A stretch of 64,000 nt of DNA from a bacterium (GCA_965199855.1 OZ241326.1:1664001-1728000), one strand, 5' to 3'; numbered from the stretch's first letter, positions 20,002 to 30,491 are shown. Numbers and translations are program-made. Notes: a model not told the origin generated them from the letters alone.

Positions 20002-22746
20002 ATGACGCCCTCTCTCGCTCAGCTCTCAAGACTCCGGGCCGACCTGAAGGAGGCGGCCTCCGCCGCCGGCGGGGGGGAGCGGAGCGTCTTTCTTCGCTCC
20101 CTCAAGGAGACCTACGCGCGCGCCGGCGAATTCGTCCGCGCCGCGCAGGAGGAGGGCGCGGGCGGATATGAGCTGTGCCGCGCGCGCGCGGACTTCATGG
20201 ATGCGTTCATCGCCCTGGTCTTCGCCCACGCCCTGGCGGAGGCGAGAGCCGGGCCCGGAGGCGGGCGCCGGACGTTTCCCTGCGCCGTCGTCGCCATCGG
20301 GGGATACGGGAGAGGGGAGCTCTCCCCCGGCTCGGACGTCGACCTGCTGTTTCTCTTCTCGGGGCACGAGGCGGAGATCGGCGATCTGATACGCTCCATC
20401 CTCTATCTGATGTGGGACGCGGGCCTCTCCATCGGCCACAGCGCGCGGACGATCGCGAACTGCCTGAAGATCGCCAGGGAGGACTACCAGAGCGAAACCG
20501 CCATGCTGGAGAATCGCCTGCTGGCGGGCAGCGGGGAGGTTTTCGGGGAGTTCAACAGGAAATTCGACGCCTACATCCGGCGGGTGGCGAAAAGCTCGCA
20601 CCTTCGCAACCGGCTCGATGAGCGCATGAGGCGCTACCGCTCGTGGGATCCGTCGGTCTACGTGCTCGAGCCGAACGTGAAGGAGAGCGCGGGGGGGCTG
20701 CGGGATTTTCACGCCGTCCGCTGGCTCGCCAGAACTTTCGGCATGAAGCGGCTCGACGAGATATGGCGGAAGGGCTGGATGCCGCGCGCGGAGTTCGAGA
20801 AGGCGGAGAGGGCGTATGACTTTCTCCTCCGCATCCGCGCGCAGCTGCACATACGGGCGAAGGCGAAGAACGACATGCTGGGCTTCCAGGCGCAGGCGGA
20901 GGCGGCGCCCGCGCTGGGCTACGAGGACGACGAGAGCGCGATGGCGAGCGAGCGCCTGATGCGCGGCTATTTTCTGCGCGCGAGGGACCTGCACATCTTC
21001 TGCCGCGATTTTTTCGAGACCCTCGAAGACCATCTGCGGAGCCGGCGGTGGATGAACAAGAACCCGAAGCTCCAGCCCCTGGAATACGGCCTCGTCCTCC
21101 AGGACTACCACACGCTGGCGCCGGACGAGCGGAACCCGCGCGAGGCGCTCGAGCACCCCGCCGGCCTCATGCGGATATTCGAGTGCCAGTACCGCTTCGG
21201 GTGCCGCCTCTCGCCGGGCGCGAGAAACTTCGTTCGCGAGCATCTGGATACGGTGGACGACGCCTTTCGCGCCTCGCCCGAGGCGCGCGACAGCTTTTTG
21301 CGGATACTGGGAGGCAAGGCGGGCGTCGCGGCGGTGATGCGCGAAATGCACGGCCTGGGCCTGCTGGGGCGCTACATCCCCGAGTTCGAGCCCTTGACGT
21401 GCTTCGTGCACTATGATCACTATCACCGCTACACGGCGGACGAGCATACGCTGCTGACGCTCGCGGCGCTCGACGAGCTGACCTACGCGAAGGAGCCCTC
21501 CCTCCAGAACGTGGCCCACATCCACAGGGAGATGGAGCGCACGGGCATCCTGCGCCTCGCCCTCCTGCTTCACGACATCGGGAAGGCGCGGGGCCCCAGG
21601 CACGCGCACAAGAGCGCCTCCGCGCTGCCCGGCGTCATCATGCGCATGGGGCTGCCCGCCGACCAGGGAAGCGTCATCGAGTTTCTGGTGGCCTCCCACA
21701 TGGAGATGAGCATAACGGCCGAGCGGCGCGACATCGACGATCCCGTTCTCATCAGCAACTTCGCCGACAGGATGGGGACGATAGAGAGGCTCCGGATGCT
21801 TTATCTGCTCACCTACGCGGACGTCTCCGCCGTCGCCCCCGGCATGTGGACGGAATGGCGCGGCGCGCTGATTCACGAGCTCTACGCGCGCGCGCTCCGG
21901 GTGATGGAGACGGGGGAGGATTTGTACCGCAGGAAGCGCCGGGGCGACGTCGTGGAGCAGGTGAGCCTCGAGGCGAGGGCCGGGGGAGGCCGGACGGGGC
22001 GCGAGGCGATCGCCGCGCACGTGGCGTCCATGCCGGACAGATACCACGCCGGCACGCCGCCGCAGGACATCCTGCGCCACATCGAGCTCGGCGCGCGCCT
22101 GGAGGAGGGGGGCGCCGCCTGCGAGATCGACATCACCCACCGCAGAAGGCGGGGACACACGCTCCTCACCGTGGTGTGCAGGGATCAGATCGGCCTCTTC
22201 GCCCTCATCGCCGGCGCGGTGGCGGCGCACGACCTGAGCATCCTGGACGCGAAGGTCCACACGCGCGGGGACGGCCTGGCGATAGACACCCTCCAGGTGG
22301 CGGGCCCGGAGGGAGGCGCCGTCGCCAGCGAGAAGCTCTGGCGCAGCTTCCGCCGCTCGCTCGAGGGGCTTCTCTCGGGCGATCTCGAATTGTCTGAACT
22401 GCTCGGAGGGAGTAAAAGATACCTGCGCCTCAAGAAGCGGACGCCGTTCGCCCCGCCGGTGCTGGTCGAATTCGACCAGGGGGCGAGCGAGGACGCGACG
22501 GTGCTCGAGGTCGTCGCCCCGGACAGGCACGGCCTTCTGGCGCAGATCGCGCAGTTCTTCGCGGGCGAGGGAGTCTCCATCTCCCGCGCGAAGATAGCGA
22601 CGGAGGGGCAGTGCGCGATAGACGCCTTCTACGTCACGGACGACGACGGGAGAAAAATCGAGGACGCGGCGAGGCTTCGGGAGCTGTGCGCCCATCTGAG
22701 CGGGATTCTGGAGGAGGGGCGCCCGGCGGGCGTCGCCGCGTCGTAG
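20002..22746 (+). CDS. glnD: [protein-PII] uridylyltransferase
   Basis: AIGGYGRGELSPGSDVDL nucleotidyltransferase motif, EPNVKESAGGLRD, HD domain (HRYTADEH, LLHDIGK), two ACT domains. Confidence 0.95.
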   Translation: MTPSLAQLSRLRADLKEAASAAGGGERSVFLRSLKETYARAGEFVRAAQEEGAGGYELCRARADFMDAFIALVFAHALAEARAGPGGGRRTFPCAVVAIGGYGRGELSPGSDVDLLFLFSGHEAEIGDLIRSILYLMWDAGLSIGHSARTIANCLKIAREDYQSETAMLENRLLAGSGEVFGEFNRKFDAYIRRVAKSSHLRNRLDERMRRYRSWDPSVYVLEPNVKESAGGLRDFHAVRWLARTFGMKRLDEIWRKGWMPRAEFEKAERAYDFLLRIRAQLHIRAKAKNDMLGFQAQAEAAPALGYEDDESAMASERLMRGYFLRARDLHIFCRDFFETLEDHLRSRRWMNKNPKLQPLEYGLVLQDYHTLAPDERNPREALEHPAGLMRIFECQYRFGCRLSPGARNFVREHLDTVDDAFRASPEARDSFLRILGGKAGVAAVMREMHGLGLLGRYIPEFEPLTCFVHYDHYHRYTADEHTLLTLAALDELTYAKEPSLQNVAHIHREMERTGILRLALLLHDIGKARGPRHAHKSASALPGVIMRMGLPADQGSVIEFLVASHMEMSITAERRDIDDPVLISNFADRMGTIERLRMLYLLTYADVSAVAPGMWTEWRGALIHELYARALRVMETGEDLYRRKRRGDVVEQVSLEARAGGGRTGREAIAAHVASMPDRYHAGTPPQDILRHIELGARLEEGGAACEIDITHRRRRGHTLLTVVCRDQIGLFALIAGAVAAHDLSILDAKVHTRGDGLAIDTLQVAGPEGGAVASEKLWRSFRRSLEGLLSGDLELSELLGGSKRYLRLKKRTPFAPPVLVEFDQGASEDATVLEVVAPDRHGLLAQIAQFFAGEGVSISRAKIATEGQCAIDAFYVTDDDGRKIEDAARLRELCAHLSGILEEGRPAGVAAS

Positions 22747-22838
22747 CGATCGAGAGGGGGCCCCTCGGGGCCGAACGAACCCAGGTTTTGCGTCGCAGTC
22801 TCGGACAAAACCGCAATTCCGCATGGAGGTGAGCAGAG

Positions 22839-24251
22839 ATGGTCGAAAACGTAATGAAGATGGCTGAGGAAAACGGCGCCAAGATTGTGGACTTCCGCTT
22901 CTCGGACATGCCCGGGATGTGGCACCACTTCTCGGCGCCCATCAGGACGCTCGACGAGGACACCTTCGAGGAGGGCGTGGGCTTCGACGGGTCGAGCATC
23001 CGGGGGTTCCAGAGCATCGATCAGAGCGACATGCTCCTCATCCCCGACCCGAATACGGCGTTCATGGACCCGTTCATGAAGGCGCCCACCCTGGTGCTCA
23101 TCTGCGACATCAAGGACCCGGTGACGCTCGAGCTCTACGAGCGCGACCCCCGCTACATCGCGCTCAAGGCGGAGCAGTACATGAAGTCCACCGGCATCGG
23201 CGACACGGCCTACTTCGGCCCCGAGGCCGAGTTCTTCGTGTTCGACGACGTGCGCTACTCGGGCTCGGAGAACCACGCCTTCTACGAGGTCGATTCCTCC
23301 GAGGCGGCCTGGAACATGGGCGCCGACGAGGGGCCGAACCTCGCCCACAAGAACCGCCTCAAGGAGGGCTACTTTCCCGTTCCGCCGAACGACACCCTCC
23401 AGGACATCCGCACGGAGATGATGCTCGAGATGATCGACTGCGGCGTGGACTGCGAGGTGCACCACCACGAGGTGGCCTCCGCCGGCCAGTGCGAGCTCGA
23501 CATCCGCTTCGACACCCTGGTGGTCACGGCGGACAAGCTGATGAAGTACAAATACATCGTCAAGAACGTGGCGCGAAAGCACGGCAAGACGGCGACCTTC
23601 ATGCCGAAGCCCGTGTTTCTCGACAACGGCACCGGGATGCACACCCACCAGAGCATCTGGAAGGGCGAGAAGAACATCATGTATCAGGCGGGAACCTACG
23701 GCGACCTCAGCCAGGACGCGCTCTTCTACATCGGCGGCCTGCTGAAGCACGCCCCGGCGCTGCTCGCCTTCACGAACCCCACCACGAACAGCTACCGCCG
23801 CCTGGTGCCGGGCTACGAGGCGCCCATCAACCTCATGTACAGCTGCCGCAACCGCAGCGCGTGCATCCGCATCCCGATGTATTCCTCGAGCGAGAAGGCC
23901 AAGCGGGTCGAGCTGCGCTGCCCCGACCCCTCCTGCAACCCCTACATGGCCTTCGCCGCGATGCTGATGGCCGGACTCGACGGCATCCAGAACAAGATCA
24001 TGCCGCCCGAGCCCATCGACAAGAACCTCTACGACCTGGCCCCCGAGGAGAGGAGCGGCGTGGCGCAGACGCCCGGGAGCCTGCCCGAGGCCCTCGACGC
24101 CCTCGAGGCGGACAACGAGTTCCTGCTCAAGGGCGACGTGTTCACGCGCGACGTCGTTGACAACTGGATCGAATACAAGCGCGAGAACGAGGTGGACGCG
24201 ATTCGCCTGCGTCCGCATCCGCACGAGTTCACCCTCTACTACGACATCTAG
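22839..24251 (+). CDS. glnA: type I glutamine synthetase
   Basis: [55 protein letters not shown], adenylylation site KNLYDL. Confidence 0.98.
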   Translation: MVENVMKMAEENGAKIVDFRFSDMPGMWHHFSAPIRTLDEDTFEEGVGFDGSSIRGFQSIDQSDMLLIPDPNTAFMDPFMKAPTLVLICDIKDPVTLELYERDPRYIALKAEQYMKSTGIGDTAYFGPEAEFFVFDDVRYSGSENHAFYEVDSSEAAWNMGADEGPNLAHKNRLKEGYFPVPPNDTLQDIRTEMMLEMIDCGVDCEVHHHEVASAGQCELDIRFDTLVVTADKLMKYKYIVKNVARKHGKTATFMPKPVFLDNGTGMHTHQSIWKGEKNIMYQAGTYGDLSQDALFYIGGLLKHAPALLAFTNPTTNSYRRLVPGYEAPINLMYSCRNRSACIRIPMYSSSEKAKRVELRCPDPSCNPYMAFAAMLMAGLDGIQNKIMPPEPIDKNLYDLAPEERSGVAQTPGSLPEALDALEADNEFLLKGDVFTRDVVDNWIEYKRENEVDAIRLRPHPHEFTLYYDI

Positions 24252-24304
24252 GGCGCGCGCCGGCTCCCCCGAAATACCCGGGAGCGGCCCGAACCGCAGA
24301 GCCA

Positions 24305-24343
24305 TGAAACCCCCTCGGGCGACCACGGCCCGAGGGGGTTTCA
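24305..24343 (+). terminator. strong hairpin after glnA (probable terminator)
   Basis: TGAAACCCCCTCGGGC...GCCCGAGGGGGTTTCA, a 16-bp perfect inverted repeat. Confidence 0.65.
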
Positions 24344-24524
24344 CCATCGGGGACGAACGCCCGCCGCCAATCCGGCAACGGTCCGCATGTGTTCGCGGAA
24401 CGCCGCGCGCGCGAATCGGCCGTGGGCGGAGGCGGTTTCATCAAAAGGCCTCCGTTTTCGTCCCGAAAGCCCTTACAATGCGGCGCGGGAAGCGCTACAC
24501 TGCATCCGAAAGGGGGAGCGCCGG

Positions 24525-24758
24525 ATGATGACGACGTTTCAGGCCGCGAGCCTCGTTCTGGACGCTGTTGCCGTTGTCCTCATCGGGGCGGGCATAGCCG
24601 CCATGATCATCGGGACGATGCGGCGGGAGCGTGAAAGCGCGCGCGCGGCAACGGAATCGGAGCGCCGCCACGCGGAGGCGGCGGCGCGGCACGAAGAAGC
24701 GATGCTCGCTCTGCGGACGCTGATCGAGCGAACGGGCGGCGCGCGGGACGGCGAATGA
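24525..24758 (+). CDS. small single-TM hypothetical protein, copy 1 (77 aa)
   Basis: MMTTFQAASLVLDAVAVVLIGAGIAAMIIGTMRR...RRHAEAAARHEEAMLALRTLIERTGG; purine-rich RBS; close paralog 398 nt downstream. Confidence 0.7.
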   Translation: MMTTFQAASLVLDAVAVVLIGAGIAAMIIGTMRRERESARAATESERRHAEAAARHEEAMLALRTLIERTGGARDGE

Positions 24759-24922
24759 CGCGGCGGCGGGCGTGGCGCGCGGACGATTCGGCGGCCGCCC
24801 TTTGTAGGACGGCGCTTGTATGCGTCCGGCGCATGGCCGCATGATGGGAAGGAAAGCCCGGAAAACGATGGGGCGCGCGGCGTGAGCGGCGTTGCGCCGT
24901 ATTCGGGAAGGGGAAATGCCGG

Positions 24923-25123
24923 ATGATGACCACCTTTCAGACAGCGAGCCTCGTTCTGGACGCCGCCGCCGTCGCGCTGATCGGATTTGGAATTATCGCC
25001 ATGATCCGCGGCACGGCGGCGCGGGAGCGGGATAACCAGCGCCGCCACGCGGAGGCGGCGGCGCGGCACGAAGAGGCGATGCTCGCGCTGCGGACGCTGA
25101 TCGAGCGAACGGGCGGCGGATGA
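24923..25123 (+). CDS. small single-TM hypothetical protein, copy 2 (66 aa)
   Basis: MMTTFQTASLVLDAAAVALIGFGIIAMIRG...RRHAEAAARHEEAMLALRTLIERTGGG; the C-terminal 26 residues are identical to copy 1. Confidence 0.7.
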   Translation: MMTTFQTASLVLDAAAVALIGFGIIAMIRGTAARERDNQRRHAEAAARHEEAMLALRTLIERTGGG

Positions 25124-25166
25124 CGCGGCGCGTCTCTCCCCCCGCTTCCCCTCCGGGGGGCTTGGT

Positions 25167-26321
25167 TCAGGCGGGGTATTTCTCCACGAGGCGGCGGGCG
25201 ATGACGAGGCGCTGTATGTCGTTCGTCCCCTCGCCCACCTGGAGGAGTATGGCGTCGCGGTAATACCGCTCGACGGGCAGCTCCTTGATGTAGCCGTATC
25301 CCCCGTGAATGTGGACGGCGGCCTCCGAGGCGCGCTGGCAGGCGTCCGTGGCGAAGAGCTTGGCCATGCCGGCCTCGAGGTCGCACCGCTGCCCCGCGTC
25401 CTTCATGGCCGCCGCGCGCCAGGTGAGCTGCCGGGCGGCCTCGAGCGAGGTCGCCATGTCGGCGAGCTTGAGCTGGATCGCCTGATGCTCGGCGATGGGC
25501 CTGCCCATCGTCCTGCGCTGCTGGGCGTATCGGATGGAGTCCTCGAAGCAGGCGGCGTGCAGGCCCACCCCCCGGGCGGCCACCTGGATGCGCCCCAGCT
25601 CGAGCGCCGCCATGAGCTGGTGGAACCCCCGGTTCTCCTCCCCGATGAGGCGCGAGGCGGGAACCGCGCAGTCCTCGAAGGTCAGCTCTCCCGTGCGGAC
25701 GCCCTTGTAGCCCATCTTGTCCAGATGGCGGCTGACGCCGAAGCCGGGCAGGTTCCTGTCCATCAGGAGGCAGCTGATGCCCCGCGTGGGCTTCTCGGCC
25801 TTGGGGTTCGTGCGCGCCATGACGGCGAAGTGGGTGGCGTTCTCGCTGTTGGTGATGAACATCTTGGAGCCGTTGACGACGAAGTCCTCCCCCTCGCGGC
25901 GGGCGGAGGTTCTGAGCGCCGCCACGTCGGAGCCGCCGTCCGCCTCGGTGATGCCGATGCCGAAGCGCATCCTGCCCTCGGCCACCTCGGGAAGCCACGC
26001 CCCGCGCTGCTCCTCGCTTCCGAACTCGCTGATCATCCACCCCACCATCGAGTGCGACCCGAGGACGCCGGTGAGGCTCATCCAGCCGCGCGCCAGCTCC
26101 TCGGTCAGCACCGCGAAGCTCACCGCGCCCATCTCGCCGCCGCCGTATTTCTCCGGCACCAGCGCGCCGAAATATCCCAGCTCCTTCATCCGCTCCACCA
26201 GGGGATGGGGATACTCGTCCCTGTGCTCGTAGCCGCTGGCGGCGGGGATGACCTCCCGATCCACGAACTGGCGGACGCCGCCCCGGAGCGCGGCCTGAAA
26301 CTCGTTCAACTGCACGTCCAT
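25167..26321 (-). CDS. acyl-CoA dehydrogenase family protein
   Basis: GITEADGGSD, VNGSKMFITN, KMGYKG, RRTMGRPIAEHQ, IHGGYGY, GEGTNDIQR; start at MDVQLNE (ATG 26321). Confidence 0.93.
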   Translation of the reverse strand: MDVQLNEFQAALRGGVRQFVDREVIPAASGYEHRDEYPHPLVERMKELGYFGALVPEKYGGGEMGAVSFAVLTEELARGWMSLTGVLGSHSMVGWMISEFGSEEQRGAWLPEVAEGRMRFGIGITEADGGSDVAALRTSARREGEDFVVNGSKMFITNSENATHFAVMARTNPKAEKPTRGISCLLMDRNLPGFGVSRHLDKMGYKGVRTGELTFEDCAVPASRLIGEENRGFHQLMAALELGRIQVAARGVGLHAACFEDSIRYAQQRRTMGRPIAEHQAIQLKLADMATSLEAARQLTWRAAAMKDAGQRCDLEAGMAKLFATDACQRASEAAVHIHGGYGYIKELPVERYYRDAILLQVGEGTNDIQRLVIARRLVEKYPA

Positions 26322-26386
26322 GTCGTTCGCTCCCGATGCCGCGCGGGGAGGGCTTCCGCGCTCCTCTCCGGTCGAATCGCCCTTCC

Positions 26387-26728
26387 TCAGCCGAACAGGG
26401 AAAGGCCGCCCATGCCCTCGGGAATGAGCAGCCGCTCCACGGTCTCGCCCTTTGCCAGATGCCGCTCCACAATCTCCTCCGCGTCCTCGGGCCGCACCCC
26501 GCCATACCAGACGTTGTCGGGCATGACGCAGACCACCGCCCCGTGCTCGCAGGCGTCCAGGCAGGTCGTCGCCAGAACGCGCGCGCGCCCCTTCAGCTCC
26601 TTCTCCTCCAGCAGCGACTTCATGCGCTCCCGAAGGGCGAGGGCGCCGCAGGCGGCGCAGCTTCCCTTGGGGTGATCCGCCGCTCGCTCGTTCGCGCACA
26701 CCAGAGCGTATCGCTTGTCCCTGAACAC
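26387..26728 (-). CDS. thioredoxin-like [2Fe-2S] ferredoxin
   Basis: VCANERAADHPKGSC...CLDACEHG...PDNVWYGGV; GTG start at 26728 is inferred. Confidence 0.85.
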   Translation of the reverse strand: MFRDKRYALVCANERAADHPKGSCAACGALALRERMKSLLEEKELKGRARVLATTCLDACEHGAVVCVMPDNVWYGGVRPEDAEEIVERHLAKGETVERLLIPEGMGGLSLFG

Positions 26729-26959
26729 CTCGCCCGCTCCCGGAGTTTGATGAAGGCGCCGCGTTCCGCGTCCCCGGCTCGCAGCCTGAGCGGCGCGCCG
26801 ACGTTCGTCCATTCGCCCGTTTCGCCGAGAGGAAGGCTAGCACTTGCGGGGCGGCTCTTCAATCCGCGCCCCCTTTCGCCCGTTTGTGTTTTTTTCCGAA
26901 AAGGGCGTAAGATCGGCTCGACCGGAGCCATGAATTCTCCTTTCGCGGGAAGGCCGTCC

Positions 26960-27736
26960 ATGTCCCCAAGCCCTTCCGAAAGCCGGCCCAGGCGCGCGCT
27001 CCTCTTCGCCACCTGTCTGGTGGAGCGGTTCTTTCCCGAGGTCGGCGAGGCGGCCGTTCACCTGCTCGAGAAGGCGGGCGTGGAGGTCGTCTATCCGGAA
27101 GGGCTCACCTGCTGCGGGCTTCCCCACTACAACAACGGCTTCCGCGCCGAGGCGCGGAAAACGCTCGCCGCCCAGCTGCCCCTGCTGGAGGGAAACGTCC
27201 CCATCGTCGTTCCCTCGGGCTCGTGCGGCTGGATGCTCAAATGCGTCCTGCCCACCCTGTTCCCCGACGATCCCTGGACGCGGGAGCGCGCCGCGCGCGT
27301 CGCCGGTCGGGTGGTCGAACTCTCGCAGTTTCTGCGCGGAATCGGGATGGAGGACTTCGGCGCGCCGCTTCCGGGGAAGACGGCCTATCACGACTCCTGC
27401 CACCTTCTGCGCGGGCTGGGGGAGGAGCGCGCCCCGCGCGAATGCCTCGACCTGGCGGCGGAGAGGCGCGAGGAGCTGCCCGGCTGCGATCGCTGCTGCG
27501 GGTTCGGCGGCGCGTTTTCCGTCAAGTTTCCCGAAGTCTCCTGCGCCATGCTGGAGGAGAAGCTCCGCTCCGCCGAGGGCATCGGCGCCGACTGGCTCGT
27601 GGCGGCCGACGCGGGCTGCATGCTCCAGCTGGCGGGCGGACTCTCGCGGCGAAACTCCCGGGTCAAACTCCTCCACCTGGCCCAGGCGCTCGCCGGGCCG
27701 GAGGCGCCGGGCTGGCCGGAGGAGGGCGGCCCATGA
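26960..27736 (+). CDS. lutA: LutA/LldE-like CCG-domain Fe-S protein
   Basis: FATCLV, TCCG, PSGSC, YHDSCH, CCGFGG, DAGCMLQL; the stop overlaps the lutB start (ATGA). Confidence 0.88.
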   Translation: MSPSPSESRPRRALLFATCLVERFFPEVGEAAVHLLEKAGVEVVYPEGLTCCGLPHYNNGFRAEARKTLAAQLPLLEGNVPIVVPSGSCGWMLKCVLPTLFPDDPWTRERAARVAGRVVELSQFLRGIGMEDFGAPLPGKTAYHDSCHLLRGLGEERAPRECLDLAAERREELPGCDRCCGFGGAFSVKFPEVSCAMLEEKLRSAEGIGADWLVAADAGCMLQLAGGLSRRNSRVKLLHLAQALAGPEAPGWPEEGGP

Positions 27737-29853
27737 GCGGGGGCTTCAACGAGCGGGCGCGCGCCGCCCTGGCCGACGCGCCGCTTCAGGAGGCGCTTCA
27801 GGCGGCGACGGGCAGGTTCGCCGACCTGCGCGTCCGGGCGTTTCAATCGACCGCCGCCCCGCTCGCCCTGCGCGCGAAGGCGCGGGAGATTCGCCGAAGA
27901 ACGTTCGAGGAGATCGACCGCCACCTGGAGACCCTGTTCAAGAGCCTCGAGCGGCTGGGCGTGCGCGTCCATCCGGCGGCGGACGCGGCCGCCGCGCGGC
28001 GCGTCGTCCTCGAAATCGCCCGCAAGAACGGGGTGAAGACCGTCGTCAAGAGCAAGTCCATGGCGACCGAGGAGATTCACCTGAACCAGGCGCTCGAGGC
28101 GGCCGGCATCACGCCCTGCGAGACGGATCTCGGGGAGTGGATTCTCCAGCTGGCGAACGAGACGCCGAGCCACCTCGTGGCGCCGGCCATCCACAAGACG
28201 CTCGGGCAGGTGCAGGACGTCTTCCGCGAGAAGGTGGACTCCGACCCGGGCCCGGACCCCGAGGCGCTCACGGCCATCGCCCGCGAGAAGCTGCGGGCGG
28301 AATTCCTGCGCGCGGGCATGGGAATCAGCGGCGTGAACTTCGCCGTGGCCGAAACGGGAACCCTCTGCCTCGTCACGAACGAGGGCAACGGCAGGCTCGT
28401 CACCACCCTGCCGAAGACGCACGTCGCCGTCATGGGCTTCGAGAAGGTGGTGCCCACCCTGCGCGAGACGCTCACCCTGCTCTCGGTTCTGCCCCGAAGC
28501 GCCACGGGCCAGAAGCTTTCGAGCTACTTCACCATGCTCACCGGCCCCAGGAGGGAGGGGGAGGCGGACGGCCCCGACGAGGCGCATCTCGTCCTGCTGG
28601 ACGGCGGGCGCTCCCGCCACCTGGGGACGCCGTTTCAGGAGGCGTTTCACTGCATTCGCTGCGGGGCGTGCCAGAACGCCTGCCCCGTGTTCCAGACGGT
28701 GGGCGGACACGCCTACGACTCGGTGTACGGCGGGCCCATCGGCTCCATTTTGAGTCCCATGCTGCGCGGCCTCGACGCCTCGGGCGAGCTTCCGGCGGCT
28801 TCGAGCCTGTGCGGCGCCTGCATGGACGCCTGCCCCGTGTTCGTCGATATCCCCCGGATGCTGCTGGAGATGCGCGAGGCGCGAACCGCCAAAAAGAGCA
28901 ACTCGACGCTGGAGAGGCTCGCCTTCCGGCTGATCGGGGCGGCGATGCGCAGGCCCCTCCTCTGGGAGACGGGCGGCCGCGCGGCCGCCATGGTCTCGAA
29001 CTTCCTGGGAGAGAAGGCGGCCGCGCGCCTTCCGGGCCCCGCCCGCGCCTGGACGCGGGGGCGCGATCTGCCCCGCATGGCGAAGAAGAGCTTTCGAGCG
29101 CGCTGGCGGGAGAGGAACCGGGGCGCCGCCGACGCGCAGCCCTCGGTTCCGGAGCCGAGACGCGCGGAGGCGCCGGACGCCGTGGTCGAAAAGGCGCATC
29201 ACGCCCTGGAGCTGGGGCGCGGACTCTCGCACGGAAGCGCCGGGGCGCCCCCGGATCCCCTGCCGGAAATCGACGTGCCCGATCCCGCCGCCCGCTTCGC
29301 CCTGGAATTCGAGGCGGTGGCGAACCCCGTTCGCCGTCCGGCGTCGATGGAGGAGGCGCGCGAATGCGTCCTTGAGATAGCCGCCGAATGGAGGGAGCGG
29401 CCCCTCGCCGTGAGCGCCCGCCTTCCCGTCGACGCGGCGGCGTGGCTCTCGGAGGCGGGCTTCGAGCTTCGCTTCCCTTCGGAGGAGGGAGACGACCGCG
29501 CGGCCATCGCCGGCTGCGGCCTGGGAATCACGGGCTGCGACTGGGCGATCGCCGAGACGGGCAGCGTCGTCCTGCGGAGCGGGCCGGGCCGCCCGCGCCT
29601 CCACTCCCTGCTGCCGGAGGCGCATCTGGCGCTCATCCCGGAGAGAAGCATCCTGCCGCATATTTCCTCGCTCGCGCCCGAGCTCGAGGCCGCCCTCGCC
29701 GGGGAGCGCGCCGCCGCGCCCAGCTGCGTCAGCGTCATCACTGGCCCCAGCCGCTCGGCCGACATCGCGCTCACGCTCATCAAGGGGGTGCACGGCCCGC
29801 GCGAGGTCTTCGCCGTCCTCCTTCCCGACCGCCTCGCTGAGGGGGATGGCTGA
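27733..29853 (+). CDS. lutB: LutB/LldF Fe-S protein fused to a LutC (LUD) domain
   Basis: KSKSMATEEI, ETDLGE, NEGNGR, CIRCGACQNACPV and SSLCGACMDACPV; then a C-terminal LutC region AETGSV...SLLPEAH...ITGPSRSADI...GVHGP. Confidence 0.9.
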   Translation: MSGGFNERARAALADAPLQEALQAATGRFADLRVRAFQSTAAPLALRAKAREIRRRTFEEIDRHLETLFKSLERLGVRVHPAADAAAARRVVLEIARKNGVKTVVKSKSMATEEIHLNQALEAAGITPCETDLGEWILQLANETPSHLVAPAIHKTLGQVQDVFREKVDSDPGPDPEALTAIAREKLRAEFLRAGMGISGVNFAVAETGTLCLVTNEGNGRLVTTLPKTHVAVMGFEKVVPTLRETLTLLSVLPRSATGQKLSSYFTMLTGPRREGEADGPDEAHLVLLDGGRSRHLGTPFQEAFHCIRCGACQNACPVFQTVGGHAYDSVYGGPIGSILSPMLRGLDASGELPAASSLCGACMDACPVFVDIPRMLLEMREARTAKKSNSTLERLAFRLIGAAMRRPLLWETGGRAAAMVSNFLGEKAAARLPGPARAWTRGRDLPRMAKKSFRARWRERNRGAADAQPSVPEPRRAEAPDAVVEKAHHALELGRGLSHGSAGAPPDPLPEIDVPDPAARFALEFEAVANPVRRPASMEEARECVLEIAAEWRERPLAVSARLPVDAAAWLSEAGFELRFPSEEGDDRAAIAGCGLGITGCDWAIAETGSVVLRSGPGRPRLHSLLPEAHLALIPERSILPHISSLAPELEAALAGERAAAPSCVSVITGPSRSADIALTLIKGVHGPREVFAVLLPDRLAEGDG

Positions 29854-29931
29854 GGCGCCCCGCTCCGCGCGGCCCGCCGCTCCGCCGCCTTGCCCGGGCG
29901 GTTCGGGGATGGCCCCCGCGGCCGTCCTTTC

Positions 29932-29955
29932 GTAGGGGCGGTTCGGGAACCGCCC
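29932..29955 (+). repeat. GTAG-type REP-like palindrome
   Basis: GTAGGGGCGGTTCGGGAACCGCCC: GTAG head followed by a GGGCGGTTC/GAACCGCCC stem. Confidence 0.5.
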
Positions 29956-30491
29956 GCTTTCGAGGGCGTTCGCATCGGAAAAGGGGGGCGAGAACGCTCC
30001 CCGAGGGGAGGGCGGCGTCGGGTCGCATTCACGCCTTCGCCCTCCGGGGCCGCGGGAGAATTTCCGGGGCGGAGGAGACCTCTTTCGGGCGTTCGGAGAG
30101 GTTCCGCGGGTGCCGCGAAAGCCGCGGATGAACGTCTGCGAATTTCGACAAAAACAGACAAATTCACGGCCTTATCCTGCAAATACGCAGCTGTTTTCCA
30201 CCCTTTTCCACCCTTTTGACGCCCTCTTTTGTTCCCCGATTCGCCGCCTTCTCTCCCCCCGCGGGCGCATCTCTCCCCGTCAGGAATGTATCGTAGGCTT
30301 GGCCCGCTCCCACAGCCGCAAATGCGGGCAGATGCGGGCAGGTGCGCGCGAGGCTCGTTTTGGAGCGTTGAAAAGGCGCGATTTTTCGGCGAGAAGCCTC
30401 TTTGTCGGGACGATCCGCGCCCTTCCGGTGAGGCTTTCGCCCGGTTTTCAGGGGAAATTCCCCGTTCTCCGAGCCGGGGGAGGGGTGGTTT

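Noticed and set aside
24525-25123. CRISPR array or insertion sequence explaining the direct repeats
   Set aside because: There are only two long coding copies, with no repeat-spacer periodicity, terminal inverted repeats, transposase or cas genes.
29854-30491. RNase P RNA, SRP RNA or an mraZ gene in the long intergenic region
   Set aside because: I found no GAGGAAAGTCC or SRP loop motif on either strand and no MraZ-like ORF.
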